Positions 38,790 through 51,697 are shown, numbered from the whole stretch's first letter. The stretch is DNA of 61,746 nucleotides, filler included, from Choristocarpus tenellus KU-1152 (GCA_964200185.2; 13 parts of 13 records of this genome joined end to end with filler, not necessarily neighbours in it), one strand, 5' to 3'. Notes: generated from the sequence alone by a model not told the origin. Translations and numbers: made by a program.

Positions 38790-40340
38790 AGTGACCTCAG
38801 TCTGAGTCTCCCGTTGCCCCTCCCCAACACCTCAACTTCATTCCACATCACCAGCCACTGTGATCTTCCTTGACACAAAAAACCTCCCTTTCCATGTTAC
38901 TCTTAATAGGCCAATCGGAAGTGGACCTCTCCCTGCCCCTATCATACCAAATCAAACCTAACACAAGGCGATCACAGGCCACTTCCCCACACTAACACCA
39001 GAATAATATATATATATATATACACCAAAAATTAGATAAATAGCTTTAGATCAGAAATAAAAAATGAATCAAAATAGTTGTGCAACCAATAAAAAAATTA
39101 TGTACAGGATGTAACTGAATAGTTTTTAAATTTCAGGCCTTTTTCATTCCCTAAATTTCTGCTTAGTAAGCTACACTGTATAATACACGGAAGAAAGTAA
39201 TGGTGTACAATGTACAACACACTGTACAACACACCATTAAAACACATTTTACTTCTAATGCTTGCATACGACATCAACTCAAATTGTCACCAATGATAGC
39301 AACACTTGCGGCTATCTCACCCTCAACAGATTTACCCAATTATGAATGATAGATTCTTAAAAGATTCTAATATTGTCAGCCCTCAAGGCAATCGATCTGC
39401 ATTAACATCTTGCAACACCTATCCAAACTTCCCGTGCCCATCTTGGTATGTCATGACACAACCATGACACAAGGCATCTCCATATCTGCACATGACCAAG
39501 CACCTAAGTTTGCAGGGTGAGCAGAACGCACTCTTAAGACGTACGTATCACATCCCAGTACACGCCTCCTGGAAACCCTCCGTCTTCACTTAGTCCTCAG
39601 CGGTTCTAACTAACAGTTAAGGTGTCTACAAACTTACCAAGGGGTTAGGGTTAGGGTGCCTGATTACTAACCAAAACCATACAGTTGAAAGAGTCCTACA
39701 AGGTGACGCATCGCAGGCTTTGTTCCCCACACTTCTCATTCAAAAACAGCAGACAAATAATAATAATAATAAAAACATTCAAAAACAAACGTGTAGGGGG
39801 CTGGGGTCTCTTCATTGGCCAACAACAACGACAAAACAATGATAAAAACATTTCAAGTTTGGAAGACAGGAAAAGGTATCCTCCATCTCAGGTCCTGCTT
39901 TTGTCAGAACAGGTCCAATCTCTTGACACAAAAAACTACAAAAAGAACCTCTTAGGACATATTACTTTTCTCTTCTCAAATAACCTCAAGGCACACACGT
40001 ACACAATTCGGCAGTAATCCCTTCCCAACAAAAAATACCGTGCCAAAATAGACAACAAAAAATTTAAAATATTAAACCAGAAAAAATAATATATATATAC
40101 ATACATACGGTGTGCATGTAAAAAATAATATGTATTATTCATTTGTTCAGTCAAACCCCATCATTTCCTCTCCTTCCACTTCAATCATCAAGCAGGGTAA
40201 GAACCCCTCCAAGACCTCCTACCCTAACCACTCCAACAATCCAAACCGTACTACTACATAACCACCCTAACCTACACAACAGGATACTCAAATCCTTCAA
40301 AACCCTTGCTACCTAGCCCACCTTACACCTTTTTTTTTAC

Positions 40341-42586
40341 CTGAAGCGGGCACCTCCCGCCCTGATTCTTCATAGAGAGCAAACGTTGGATGGTCGCATC
40401 ATCCCTAGACGCATTGACCTGGGAACCTCCCGCAACCCCCACTTCGGACAAGAACGGTCCATTCTCAAACGATTCCAGGAGTACTCGCTGAGGTTAGGGT
40501 TAGGGATAAGTTAAACAGACAACATAGAGGTGAGATGGTTACCAGAGATCAGGGTTGGGGTTAGGGCCACAGGGCAGCGTGCTTGGGGTAAAAGTTCTTT
40601 TTTTTTGTCTCAGCACACATCGATGTTTGTATCGATGTGTGATGTTGATGGACTGACTGTAAGCATGACTGTAAGCACCACGGGCACCATGATAGGGAAT
40701 GGTCAACAGCAGACATGACAGCAGACATGACAGCAGACACAGTCATACGCTTGTACGCAGGAGTATGGAGATTCGTCGCTGTTGTTGGATGGTCTGCTCA
40801 CAGATCTGGACATTCCGCTGATGGATCTAGACAGTCTACTGACGAATCAAGACAGTCCACTTATGGATCAAGACAAGTCTACTGATGGATCAAGACAGTC
40901 CACCGCCAGATCTAGACAAGTCTACTGATGGATCTAGACAGTCTACTGATGGATCAAGACAGTCCACTGCCAGATCTGGAGAGTCCACCGATGGATCTAG
41001 ATAATCCATTGACATATTTAGACATTCCACTGATGGATCTCACGCATCATGGTATGAACCATTATTGACATGTTCCTTGACCTGGGACAAGCCCAAACCC
41101 TAACCCTAATCCCAAATGTTGTCTTCTACTGCGGAGAGTACAATACACTGACAAGTACTCTGGAGTATCATGAACCGCGAAGAGAGACATATCAAAACAA
41201 AAAAATATATAATAAGGTTAGGGATTGCAGAACCCACATCGAGAGGTAAGACAGAGAGTGTCTTACAACCAATCTCATGCTGGGTCATGTTCACGCAGAC
41301 GTAACAAACGCACAAACTACCCAAGTAACTCATGAAACCTCAAAAACAAAAACAAACACACACACAACTCGATGAATTAGAAGTGTAAGGCATGCAAAGG
41401 CATGACCTGAGGCCAAGAGCACAAAGAGCACAAAGAGTCTCCAACACATGACCTACCACAACCGCCGGAAACCCTCTGCTCGCAGCCTCATGTATCGCAG
41501 TGGTGCCCCCTTGGATGTCAGGCTCCACAACCAGGCCCCTATCTGCCCGGATGAGCAACTCCACCACGCTCTTCATAGACCCCTCATTATTTCCCCGGCA
41601 CGCATGGATCAGCATGTGGCATTCACACGAAGAGCTCGTTTTCCGTGGCGACACAGGGCTAGGGGGCGTCCTCCCACCCACCATTCCCTTCTGTAGAGTC
41701 GTGGGAAGCCCCAGGAGGAGCTCCACACACCCAGCACGGCCATTGTAGCATGCCAAGGCAAGAGGTGTAGATCCTTTAGTACAAAGCACACATTCACTGA
41801 AAGGGTTAGGGATGTACATTCACTGAAAGGGTCAGGGGTGCACATTCACTGAAAGGGTTAGGGATGTACATTCACTGAAAGGGTTAGGGGTGTACATTCA
41901 CTGAAAGGGTTAGGGGTGTACATTCACTGAAAGGGTTAGGGATGCACATTCACTGAAAGGGTTAGGGATGCGGGAACAGTACGCAGCATACAAATACAAG
42001 AACAGAGTCGAATGCAATGCACTGCAATTGCTTTTCAAGAAACGGTCCAGGAACAGTATTTCAGGCTGGTGCTGTTTTGTAGCACATGAAAATGAAGGTG
42101 GATACGTAAGTGAAGGGTGTTTGTTGTATGCAAGTACTGGACTCTCTGTACTGTGTACATAGGGCTCGAGGGCATCTGGGGGGGGGTGGAGGCTGTCCAT
42201 TTGGGGTCCATTCTTCCATGTTGCGATTTTTGGGTGATTAGGATTGCATGTGTCAAATGGATAACGTAAGTGTAATCTTCCTGGTCAGGGGTCAAATGGA
42301 CACCCTGGTGTAGACCCCCCCCCCCCCCTCCCCATATGCTTTGGGCCATACATAAGAGTGCAAGTGCACACAGAGATGATATGATTGTCTGATTGTTTGG
42401 AGCAACAGTGAAGGAAACACATGGATAGCACATGCAGCAGCACTCACAGGTTGCTAGGCCAAAAGTCTGTTTATCATCCCCACACAGTGGAAGGGGTAGG
42501 GCATTCACCTGAGGGACTGCAACCTTCTGGGTCAGCTCCATAGCAGAGGAGCTGCTCTGCTACATCACGTTTTCCACTTTCGCAGG
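40341..42586 (-). CDS. Ankyrin-repeat protein, internal exons 42509-42586, 41457-41773, 40341-40487
   Basis: ACESGKRDVAEQLLCYGADP...|GSTPLALACYNGRAGCVELLL...GTTAIHEAASRGFPAVV|RVLLE...KNQGGRCPLQ; phases consistent. Confidence 0.85.
40788..41040. repeat. Degenerate ~21-bp minisatellite (GATGGATCTAGACAGTCTACT)n, intronic
   Basis: About a dozen imperfect units. Confidence 0.85.
41791..41970. repeat. 26-bp minisatellite (CATTCACTGAAAGGGTTAGGGRTGYA) x7, intronic
   Basis: Seven near-identical adjacent units, no spacers. Confidence 0.95.
42162..42347. mobile_element. MITE family B, full diverged intronic copy
   Basis: GGGCTCGAGGGCATCTGGGG ... CCCCATATGCTTTGGGCC; ATA on both flanks. Confidence 0.8.
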
Positions 42587-42759
42587 CTGGGGGGGTAGAA
42601 GTTGATGGGAATTAGCAAATCATGGGGACAATAGAGTTCAACTGTATCCCACCAGGCCCTAATATGTGAACATTTCTCATGATGAAAGTCAAACAACACT
42701 ATAAATTAATAATCAAGATTAATCTACCCCTAAAACTCCATTATCTCACATGGTGTCTT

Positions 42760-44297
42760 ACTTCATTTGCAACCTATCACAACGGTGAGAACTTGAGGTA
42801 CAGATAATGCATAGATGATACATGACAACAGAGAGTAAGATAGCCTGTTGAACAAGGGTGGGAAGCTCAGCTCTTATCAATATCAGTGCTTCATCGATCA
42901 ATATGCCACGAATTATATTCCACAGAGATTGAACTACTTGTTTGCTCAGAGAAAAAAGGCTTGAAGGGAAAGAGTCAGAAGAGTGAAGGGGTTGGAAGGG
43001 TGCATTGGAAATGTAAGCTAATGATTCCTCACCAGCTGCCAGAAGAGAACCTTGAGGGAACGCCCGAGTTGTGGTCCTAGAGAGGATCTCATCCAAGTCA
43101 TCTAGATGAGAAACTTGAGCATTTGCCAGGAGTGTCTGAAGTGCGGGAAGTCGTTCAGAGCAGAGCAGAGCAGAGCAGAGCAGGGAAGGGCAGGGCAGGG
43201 TAGGGTAGGGCAGACTGAGGTGAGAAGGTGAAGTCATACTTCTAAAAAGGGCAGCATGCCAGGACAGGGAAACTTCACGTACCGAACTTTGGTTACAATT
43301 TGTGGTCGGAGTTGGCATCAAGCTGGTGCAAGATGAAACATCCCGAAGACCAAGGTAGAAATCATTCGCTGGTGACAGTATGCGAACGATTAAAAGGGTT
43401 CCAGGAGTGAGCGGCTTGGCTGAGCCAAGAGGTGCACATAGGATCATGCCCAATATGCTCAGAAGTTTTCAGGGGTGAGAATTGCACGCGAGGATTGCAC
43501 ACGGTCCACGAAAGACAACTAAACATCAAACGTTGCATACTAATTCCACGGCCACAGAGGAAGATCTTGATCATTTTTCTTCTTACAGCACGGCAGTGGT
43601 GATTGAAGGAGAACCATCATAAACGGTCAATGATTACTTCCCGAACTACGCAATTAAGAGGGAAAAATGGCTACCTCGAGCTGTTCAGATGCGCAATCGG
43701 TCTTGGACATGACCAGCTCCCCGATCTCTCTCTCGAGCTTGTCAAAATTGGGTTTTCCCGTCACCGGAGGCGGTTGAGGAGGGGCATCTGCCTTGCGACC
43801 TCGGTTGTTCCTGTTGTGGCCACCTCTCCCTCTTCCCCTGCTTCCTCTCCCTCCTTGCTGCGACATTGTTGAGCTTGGAAAAGACAAGCTGAGTCCACAG
43901 TCAACGGAAATTGACAAAGTGGAAAACAAAGAACGCTTCTCTCACGTGGAGATCCGCACCGGAGTACTTTCTCACTTTAATTATTTGTCCTTGTCCTTGC
44001 CTTTGCTTCTCTCCCTTCCTCTCACTCTCGCTGCCCCGCTTGTTTCCTATCTTCCCTCTCGAGCTCTAACGAACCTCACCCACAATACGAACCTAAATAT
44101 ACTGTTTCTGTGCCAGCAATCAAGTTATAGTTGTGTTTTAGTATCCACCTGTAGACTTTAAGTTGTAGATAAATGACAGACGTGAGACACCAAGAATGTA
44201 GCAACAGAGGGGTTTCGAAGTCTTGAAATGGCGGAGGTGAAGACCTTTCTTCTTTTTCGTTATTCCTTGGACAAGATCATCTCACCCCCTCTCACCA
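42760..44297 (-). mobile_element. Possible 5' part of a decayed retroelement (PBS-like site + gag-like frames)
   Basis: TGGTGAGAGGGGGTGAGA at 44280-44297 (-) resembles a tRNA-3'-complementary PBS; broken intronless frames starting MSQQGGRGSRGRGRGG. Confidence 0.3.
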
Positions 44298-44940
44298 GCT
44301 CTGGGCGCACTGTGGCACTCGGGGCGCGCTGGGGCAATCTCTGGGGCGTGCTGAGACCGACCTGGCAATGTCTGAGGGAGGCGTAAAGGTGGAACAGAAG
44401 AAAGGAGTGGCTCCACCCACAGTGTCAGCACCAGTGAGGGGCGATTCCGGTGCGTACCTGTATGGGCAGGGGCCGTTGCACCCGATGGCAATGTTAGTTA
44501 TGTAGTAGGGAGTGTTCCTGGACGTAGCGTCAAACTGTGGTATCTACCTCCTAACTAGTTACTCTCTGATGGATGCCAAAGTTGGCTAGGGGTGAATATC
44601 GTATCTGTACAACTCCGGTTTTTTATGGCAATATCCCATTTCTTCAGTTGTCAATAACTTTGGTAGGGTTATCGGACGACCCCATGTTGTGTGCGACTTT
44701 TGTGACAACTCAAACCTATGTAGATATGCTTGTCCTACATCTACGACAGCTCAAATCTATTTCCATATGCGTATCCGATTTGGTGACAGATCAAATCTAC
44801 ATCAAATTTATGCAGATGTTCTTGCCGCCATGTATGGACATTTACTTTTGAAATATGCGGTAGGGATGTCCTTCCAGTTAGGTCACTCGTATTTTTCTTC
44901 TTTGCGTGGTGTTTTTGGTCGACCTCACTCGACTCCACAG

Positions 44941-45746
44941 AGCCTGTGCAGCAGACCAATCCAGCAACTGGACCAGAGCGCCCGGCGCCGGTCGAGGTTC
45001 TCGATGCAGCTGCTTTGAAGAGAAATATCAGGGGTGGTAAGGGAAGGATAGTGGGAGAGTTGGGATCGGTCAGACCTGTTGTGACACCATCGATCTCAGC
45101 TCCCCTCGAGGAAGCAGGCCTTCAGGCTCTCCGCGGTAATTTCCGCGGCTTAGGCTCATGTGGCAGTCCTGCTCAAGATGCCGCCTCCTTGGCAGAGAAA
45201 AGACTTGCAGAGCACCAGCGACAGCTGACTTCGCAAGATGCCCAAAAGAAGCAACATCTAGTGACGCCAGTAGTTCCAGGCGTGACTGGCGGCAGCGGCG
45301 GTCTATTGTCTGGGGGTATCACCCTTGCGGCAGCGGCAGCCAATGGAGAACTCCAGGTTAGACAAACCTATTTAACTCGTGATGCCTATCGGACGATATT
45401 TTTTCAGGAAACACCCCTCGATGAATCTTTCTGGCGATCCTACCTGCACGTGCGTGCATCATCCCTTGTCTTTTTTGCATGAGACACAACATTGCCAGGT
45501 ACTCGTTCGTCTCACTCACTGCAGAACAAAAACACGCAATAATTTACAACACACACATCATGTGCTCCCTATGAAATGCTGTAGACCCTTGACCCCTTGA
45601 CTGTGGCACTGTGTTATCCTCACCTTTCCTATCCCTCCAGTCTCGCCTCACCCTCCCAACCATTCTTCCTCAAAACATTCCTTCAGAGGGCCATCAGCCA
45701 GCAGGATGCTTTCAACAGACAGCTTGCTGCAGCTCAAAGCTCCCCG
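44941..45746 (+). CDS. Hypothetical protein, exons ~44941-45356 and 45687-45746
   Basis: GC-rich open frame ending GELQ|GTTAG; next exon RAISQQDAFNRQLAAAQSSP in phase 0. Confidence 0.5.
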
Positions 45747-47300
45747 GTCAGTTACAGAGTCCCCTCCAACTCTATCTCTGATGCTGTCCAACCACTGTGT
45801 ATTTTCTCTGACGCTTGCTAACCCTAACCCCAACCCCAACCCTACCCTACACACTTCCTTCAGCAGTATTGGGTGGAGCCAGGAGTGAGGTTCCCTTGGC
45901 TTTCATGTGTATATTACTAACCTACACACTATGCTCCCAAGTCACCCTAGTATGTCATTAGTATGTCATCGCCTCGTTCATTTTAAAATTAGACACATTA
46001 GGCATTGGCGACACCACCAGGAGCATGTATGTATGTATCTATCTGGGTTGCCTTCTGTCTTCACTTCACTGGTGTTACTGTTGCGTCCGTTGTTACTCAA
46101 AGAGTAAAGGACTTGTGATTGTGATTTAACAACCCCTTCTCCCTTCCCCCACTCCTGATTCAATTCCTGGCAGAGGGGGGGTAAGTGGGGGGGGGGGGGG
46201 AGGGGGGGAAGGCTGGTNNNNNNNNNNNNNNNNNNNNNNNNNNNNNNNNNNNNNNNNNNNNTTAATTAATTAANNNNNNNNNNNNNNNNNNNNNNNNNNN
46301 NNNNNNNNNNNNNNNNNCCACTGAAGGAAACACGGTAGTGGAACTAGTAAATAGTTCACGATCACTTTGGACGGGCGTTGCTTGGTCAAGGTTAGAAGCA
46401 GATAACTCATATTCCTTTTGAACACGTGTGGTAAATGCACGACTGCCTTCAGGCACATTACAACAGATTGGTGCCAGCATTGGAGCAACGGATTTCTCCT
46501 GTTCCTCAAACTTGAAAATACGAGATAGAGTATCAGGTATAACATTGAGCTTCCCAGGCTTGTGCTTGACTGTGAAATCATACGCTTGAAAAGCAATAGC
46601 CCAACGAGTAAGCATGTTACTGGTATCCTGCATTATATACCAGTAACACAATGCGGCATACTCTGTGATGCAGGTGAAGTGTCTACCCCAAAGACGCTGT
46701 CGCCAATGCGTGATGGCTGTATCGACTGCATGACACTCTCTTAATGTAGCTGAATAATGACTTTTGAGATTCATTAAATTTCTTTCTGAAGGATGCAATG
46801 ATCCCTAGGTCTGCAGGATTATCGGATCGAGGTTGTGCTAAAAAACCTCCAGCACCACTCTCACTGGCATCAACATGGATGATGAATTCTTTGGTAAAGT
46901 CAGGAAACACGAGAACCGGGGGAGCAGAGAGTAATTGTTTTACTTAAAAAAATGTCACATCCTGGTCCAATCTCCATTCTTTATCCACTCTCTTACTGAC
47001 ACCTTTCTTAGTGAGAAGAACTAACGGTTCGATTGCTGTGGCTAAGTTGGGTATGAATTTACGTACAAAATTGATCATACCTAGGACAGATCGAAGTTCT
47101 TTGATGGTGGTGGGTTTGGGTAATTCAGCGATTGCACGGACACGATCCTCACCGATACGAATCCGTTCAGATGATAAAATGTGACCCAGGTAACGTACTT
47201 CTTTGGGTCCAAACTGGATCTTTGACGGTTTCAAAGTTAAACCTGCTGCTTGTAACGCTTTGAACTGCTGTTCTAGTAAGTGTTTATGTCCTTACCATGT

Positions 47301-47557
47301 GAGTGAATGTATCTTAGAGGGTACAAATTTGGTCCTGTTTGTCCATGTGGGGCTTGGCTTCCCATGAGTTTTTATTGACATTTTACCTGCTCCAAAATGT
47401 TTCGGAGTAGGTAAAAATATACCTTATGAAAAGGAGTGTCCAGAAAAGGATATTGTCATCTCCTAACAAACATGATAGTCAAAATTACATCAAAATTACA
47501 ACATCGGATTTTGGTCCCCGAATAGACGCGGCTCTACCCTCAAAGATACATTGAATC
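47301..47557 (-). mobile_element. MITE family A nested in Gypsy RT
   Basis: Both TIRs present; TGT duplicated; removal restores DLIACSPTW. Confidence 0.9.
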
Positions 47558-49072
47558 TGTGGGAGAACAAGCAATCAGATCTTAAAAACGTATTTGCCTC
47601 TGGACGTGACAAAAGCGGTTTTATCAACGTCATCCTCAGCAACAGGAATCTGCCAATATGCACTCTGAATATCACAAATGGTGATATATTTTGCACCCCC
47701 AACAGTATCAATATGAGACTATATCAGGCATAGGCCAAGACTGTCGAACAAGGTGTTTGTTAACAGTTGACCTATAGTCCACACAGAATCGTGGGGGGCC
47801 ATCAGATTTGGCCACAATAGTAGCAGGACTACCCCAAGGGCTGGCGCGTTTTTCAATAATGCCTTTCTCTTCCATAGTATTAACACACGAGTCAATTACT
47901 TGTTGAGTACGGGGGTTTGCTCTGTAAGGGTTCCTGTCAACAGGTTTGGTACCAGGCTCAATAAGGAATTTCTGCTTCAGCTAGGGTACATCTGCCTAGC
48001 TCTGCTGCATTAAACGAAAATACCGATCTATAACGAGCATGAGGTCTAAAAGCTGAGACTCTTGTGACTGATTGAACGTGGTATCTTTGAATGAGTTTGA
48101 CTTGGTGAAGGCTTGATGTAACTCCTCTCTAGCTTTACTGAATGGAGTAGAATCAGCATTTAGTGCACTAACAGTAATTGGTACCTGATCTGAAATAGGG
48201 GTTAAGTGACCTATCACAAGATGCTTCCTGATACGTACTTTCCGTGTTGTTGGATTTGCCATTTGAACCAATACTGATCTATTACTTGCTGACAAAGTAC
48301 TGAGAGTGCGAGCAGCTACAATACGATTCCATGGATGTGTAGGTTCAGTGGTTTGATCTACAGCAGGCATGGAGTGTATGACTGGCTCCAATACTACTGC
48401 AGTATCCAACGACGGACTAGTATCAGTTGTGCAACATACGATGATTTCATGACGAGCTGGTATGTTATACTGTTTATTGTACACGAACAGGTATAGGGTC
48501 AAAATTATGTTGCACACTCACCACAGAACACGAAGGAGTGGTACTTGTATCACGTACTTGAGTGGGGCTCCTTGTCATTTGATGTCTTGCTGGAATGGTA
48601 CACGAACTGTTGTGAAATAAAAGACGTTGTTCTTGCCAATCAAGGATTGCACCGAAGGCCTGCAGAACACTATTATCTAGCAGAATTTTATCGGGAACAA
48701 GTTGGGGAATCACTAAAGCTTCAACTGGCAATGTGGTGTCACCAAGTGTAAGTGCAAAACTAGTAAATCCACGGATATGCAAAGGTGAACCATTCGCTGC
48801 ACGTAGATCTATTGCACCAGGTGGGACAGGATGCGCGTCAAAATGTTTCAGTTGAGGGTGATTGCGAACAAATACTTTAGAAATACATGGTACATCACTG
48901 GCTGTGTCAATTGTCAAGTCATTTTCCTCTTGTTCTTTAACGGTGCCAGATACACGCGCCCTTTGTGATGAAAACGACAAAGGTTTAGGCATGGATGGAT
49001 ACCTGCACAAAGAATTGTTGAACCAAGTTTCATTATTATTACACAAGTTTGGTTGAACTAATGGCAAAGCAA

Positions 49073-49125
49073 TGCTAAGTTCGTGTGCATTGCACGCGTG
49101 AGTTCGAATCTCACCGGTGTCGCCA
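49073..49125 (+). other. 3' half of mature tRNA-Ser(GCT) including CCA, serving as an over-long PBS of the minus-strand Gypsy element; not a tRNA gene
   Basis: T-GCT-AA-GTTCG, long variable arm GTGC-ATT-GCAC, T-arm GTGAG-TTCGAAT-CTCAC, CGGTGTC-G-CCA; no D-arm or 5' acceptor strand. Confidence 0.85.
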
Positions 49126-49279
49126 ATGTGAATCGTATGATTCTGTGGCGGCGTGGTTCACTCAGGCAAGGGTGGTGAANNNNNNNNNNNNNNNNNNNNN
49201 NNNNNNNNNNNNNNNNNNNNNNNTTAATTAATTAANNNNNNNNNNNNNNNNNNNNNNNNNNNNNNNNNNNNNNNNNNNN

Positions 49280-49320
49280 CCAAATGGACAGCCGCCACCC
49301 CCTCCCAGATACTTCGAGCC
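49280..49320. mobile_element. MITE family B, terminal part
   Basis: CAAATGGACAGCCGCCACCCCCTCCCAGATACTTCGAGCC. Confidence 0.8.
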
Positions 49321-49430
49321 AGCAGCATTTACCAAGACCCAGTGGTAAGATATACTTTGAAAGGTGTGCAATGTTGGGGGGTTTGTGACGAAAGCGCAAT
49401 GCGGGGCTGGACGATTGTAATGGTCTCGTC

Positions 49431-49666
49431 TACTGCTTTGCCCTATTTGTCCGTTAGGGGCTTTGCTCCCCACAGCTTTTCAATTACATTTTCCTAATCC
49501 AAAATGTTTCGGAGTAGGTAAAATGTATACATTATTACAAGGTGTATCCGGAACAAGGATGACGACACTTACTAACAAACACGACAGCCAAAATTACATC
49601 AAAATCGGGGCATTGGATTTTGGACCCCAATCGGACGCAGCTCTATCCCCTAAGATACTTTGACTC
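49431..49666 (-). mobile_element. MITE family A lacking one TIR
   Basis: Internal similarity to other copies; ends CCCCTAAGATACTTTGACTC. Confidence 0.8.
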
Positions 49667-50818
49667 ACCTTGTACACCCAGAATACTCTTGATAGGGGCT
49701 ACGTGCATCTGAGTCGGGAAATTGTGCATTAAGCATAATATATTGTAAGCCCCCTTGCGATCAATATATCCAACATCCAGCCCCCTCTAGGCTACTTTGA
49801 CTTATGACCGATTTTTTATTGCCCGAATTATGGAGTAGTTGCTGCTTGGAGTGCGTGTTTAGTTCACAGAGGGAGTTTTGCTCAAGGCTATTGGCATGAC
49901 AAAGTATTACGTTGGTTGTACCTTTTTTCATTTGCTTCGAAGCATTGTATATGTATGTAGTTATATCAACGCACGCTTTTTTGTGAGCACTTGTTCCGAC
50001 TGGTCTCAGTGCTTGAGAGGATCTCAACTGTGTACAGTGCAGTTCATCCTCCACATCATTTTATTCAAGCAGATTATCTTATTTACTACCTACCCTCGTA
50101 AGGTGTGGCGCTCATCATTTGAGGAATAAGGTTGGTTCACCATCACTCCTCTGTTGTTGAGTTTCCTGTATCATGAAGTAGGTCGATAGTATGTGAAATT
50201 GAACTGTCATTCTTCTATGTGGAAACAGGTAACAGTCTGGTATTGGGCTTCAGGTCTTGTTCCGTCTCAGCAAATCCCGAGACTATGGTTATGACACTCT
50301 ACGTTGCACTAAGTGCTCTTTTTGTCGATGGTGAGGAATATATCGTGTTGTTCTATATAGTAATATTGCTACTATTCGAAAATAGTAGTTCATAGCATTT
50401 ATTATTTCCTTAGAGTTAGATTACTATTTAAGATGTGGTAGAATGACACCTCTTGGCGTGCCTAAGAAGAGATGTTCGATGGGGACAGCATATACTCTAT
50501 CTGTAGTGGTCAAGTGTTGGAGCTTAAAAATTCATCAGTATTACACGCCAAACGGCATAACTTTGGACAGTTGACTTTGGTTGCCATATTAATCTACACA
50601 TTTGTATCGGGCTAGTTACGCTATAGAAGAAGCAAGGTCTTTGGGCGCCGTCTGCACATTTAGTAGGTATAGTGTCCCCTAGATAATCTTTACTATTTGC
50701 TGGAAGGGCAGCTCCGACTTCCATCAATATTATCTAGAACGGAGATATCATGAGAGAACAAGTCATGTAGGATATATTTTCTCGCTCGAAAGAAAATTCG
50801 GATAAGGAACGTCCTCAC

Positions 50819-51422
50819 CTCTCAGCTTGAGGATGAGGTGTTGAAGCTGATGCGTAGAGGTCTACTTCACCCTCCAAGACACTGAGTTGCATATCTATTC
50901 GATGGTGGTGGCCATGCTCTGAAATGCAGATCTGTTTCATGGGAGTCGGTTTGGGAAGCAGCATCATGCTTGTTGGGATTTGTGGAGATGAAGGATGATG
51001 TGTGGTTGTGTCGTCCTTACCATCAGACGAATAAACAGTACCAACACCCGTCTCACAATGTAGAAGTGATACTCTCCAGTCGCTACCTCTCTCCGAACGA
51101 CCACTTTTTCTGAGAGAGGTTCGCCCAGAAAATCTTGTCCGCTTCCAAAAATATCCACTGCTGAAGAACAATCGTCGTTTCTTGTGGACGCAATCATCAT
51201 CTTCGCAGGAAGAGCTCCAGGTCCGATTTTCCGCAAGTAACTTGGGACCTTCCCAACATCTCCATTCGCCCCGACCTTCACAGGTCTATCTCTCAAAGCT
51301 GGGGCGGAGCTTTCATGCGATGTTTTATCCACAGAATTTGCGATAAAGATCCACAATCCCATGATGCCCAATAGCCAAAGACTCATTATGCCACGCAAAG
51401 ATTTCCGTCCTTGTTTGACCAT
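50819..51422 (-). CDS. Membrane-anchored protein with PPC-like beta-sandwich; exons 51057-51422, 50819-50931, continues downstream
   Basis: N-terminal hydrophobic SLWLLGIMGLWIFIA; GEYHFYI|IC...IDMQLSVLEGEVDLYAS...P. Confidence 0.6.
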
Positions 51423-51697
51423 ATTTTCTCAGGGCAGGAATGCAGGAGCTCCCATTACTCAGTGTGGTATTTCGAACCGATTATCCTACATGAAATGTCC
51501 TACTATCAGGGAGTACTTGGGTGTTTTTGATCTGTGCTTCTGGATTCTTCATACCTCGTATCAATTGTGTTGGGATATAGTATCCAATAAATATAAGTTG
51601 GAGGTGAAGGCCTTCGTATTATTGAACAACTCCCGCTCTGTCTATTTATAGGGTACATATAAATACTCGTTGCAGTTCAAGCGAAAGGAGGAAGGTC

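Larger units (their letters stand above)
46318..49179 (-). mobile_element. Decayed Ty3/Gypsy element: 5' LTR end (49127-49179), extended PBS, protease, RT, RNase H; gag absent
   Basis: IDTAS protease motif; KPSKIQFGPKEVRYLGH...ELRSVLGMINFVRKFIPN (RT); FIIHVDAS...LTRWAIAFQAYDFTVKHKPGKLNVIPDTLSR (RNase H); YxDD region deleted; frameshifts. Confidence 0.92.

Noticed and set aside
41791-41970. CRISPR array
   Set aside because: Units are adjacent with no unique spacers; intronic eukaryotic context; same applies to 40788-41040 and 17700-17925.
49073-49125. Functional tRNA-Ser gene
   Set aside because: 5' half absent, CCA encoded, abuts an LTR end.
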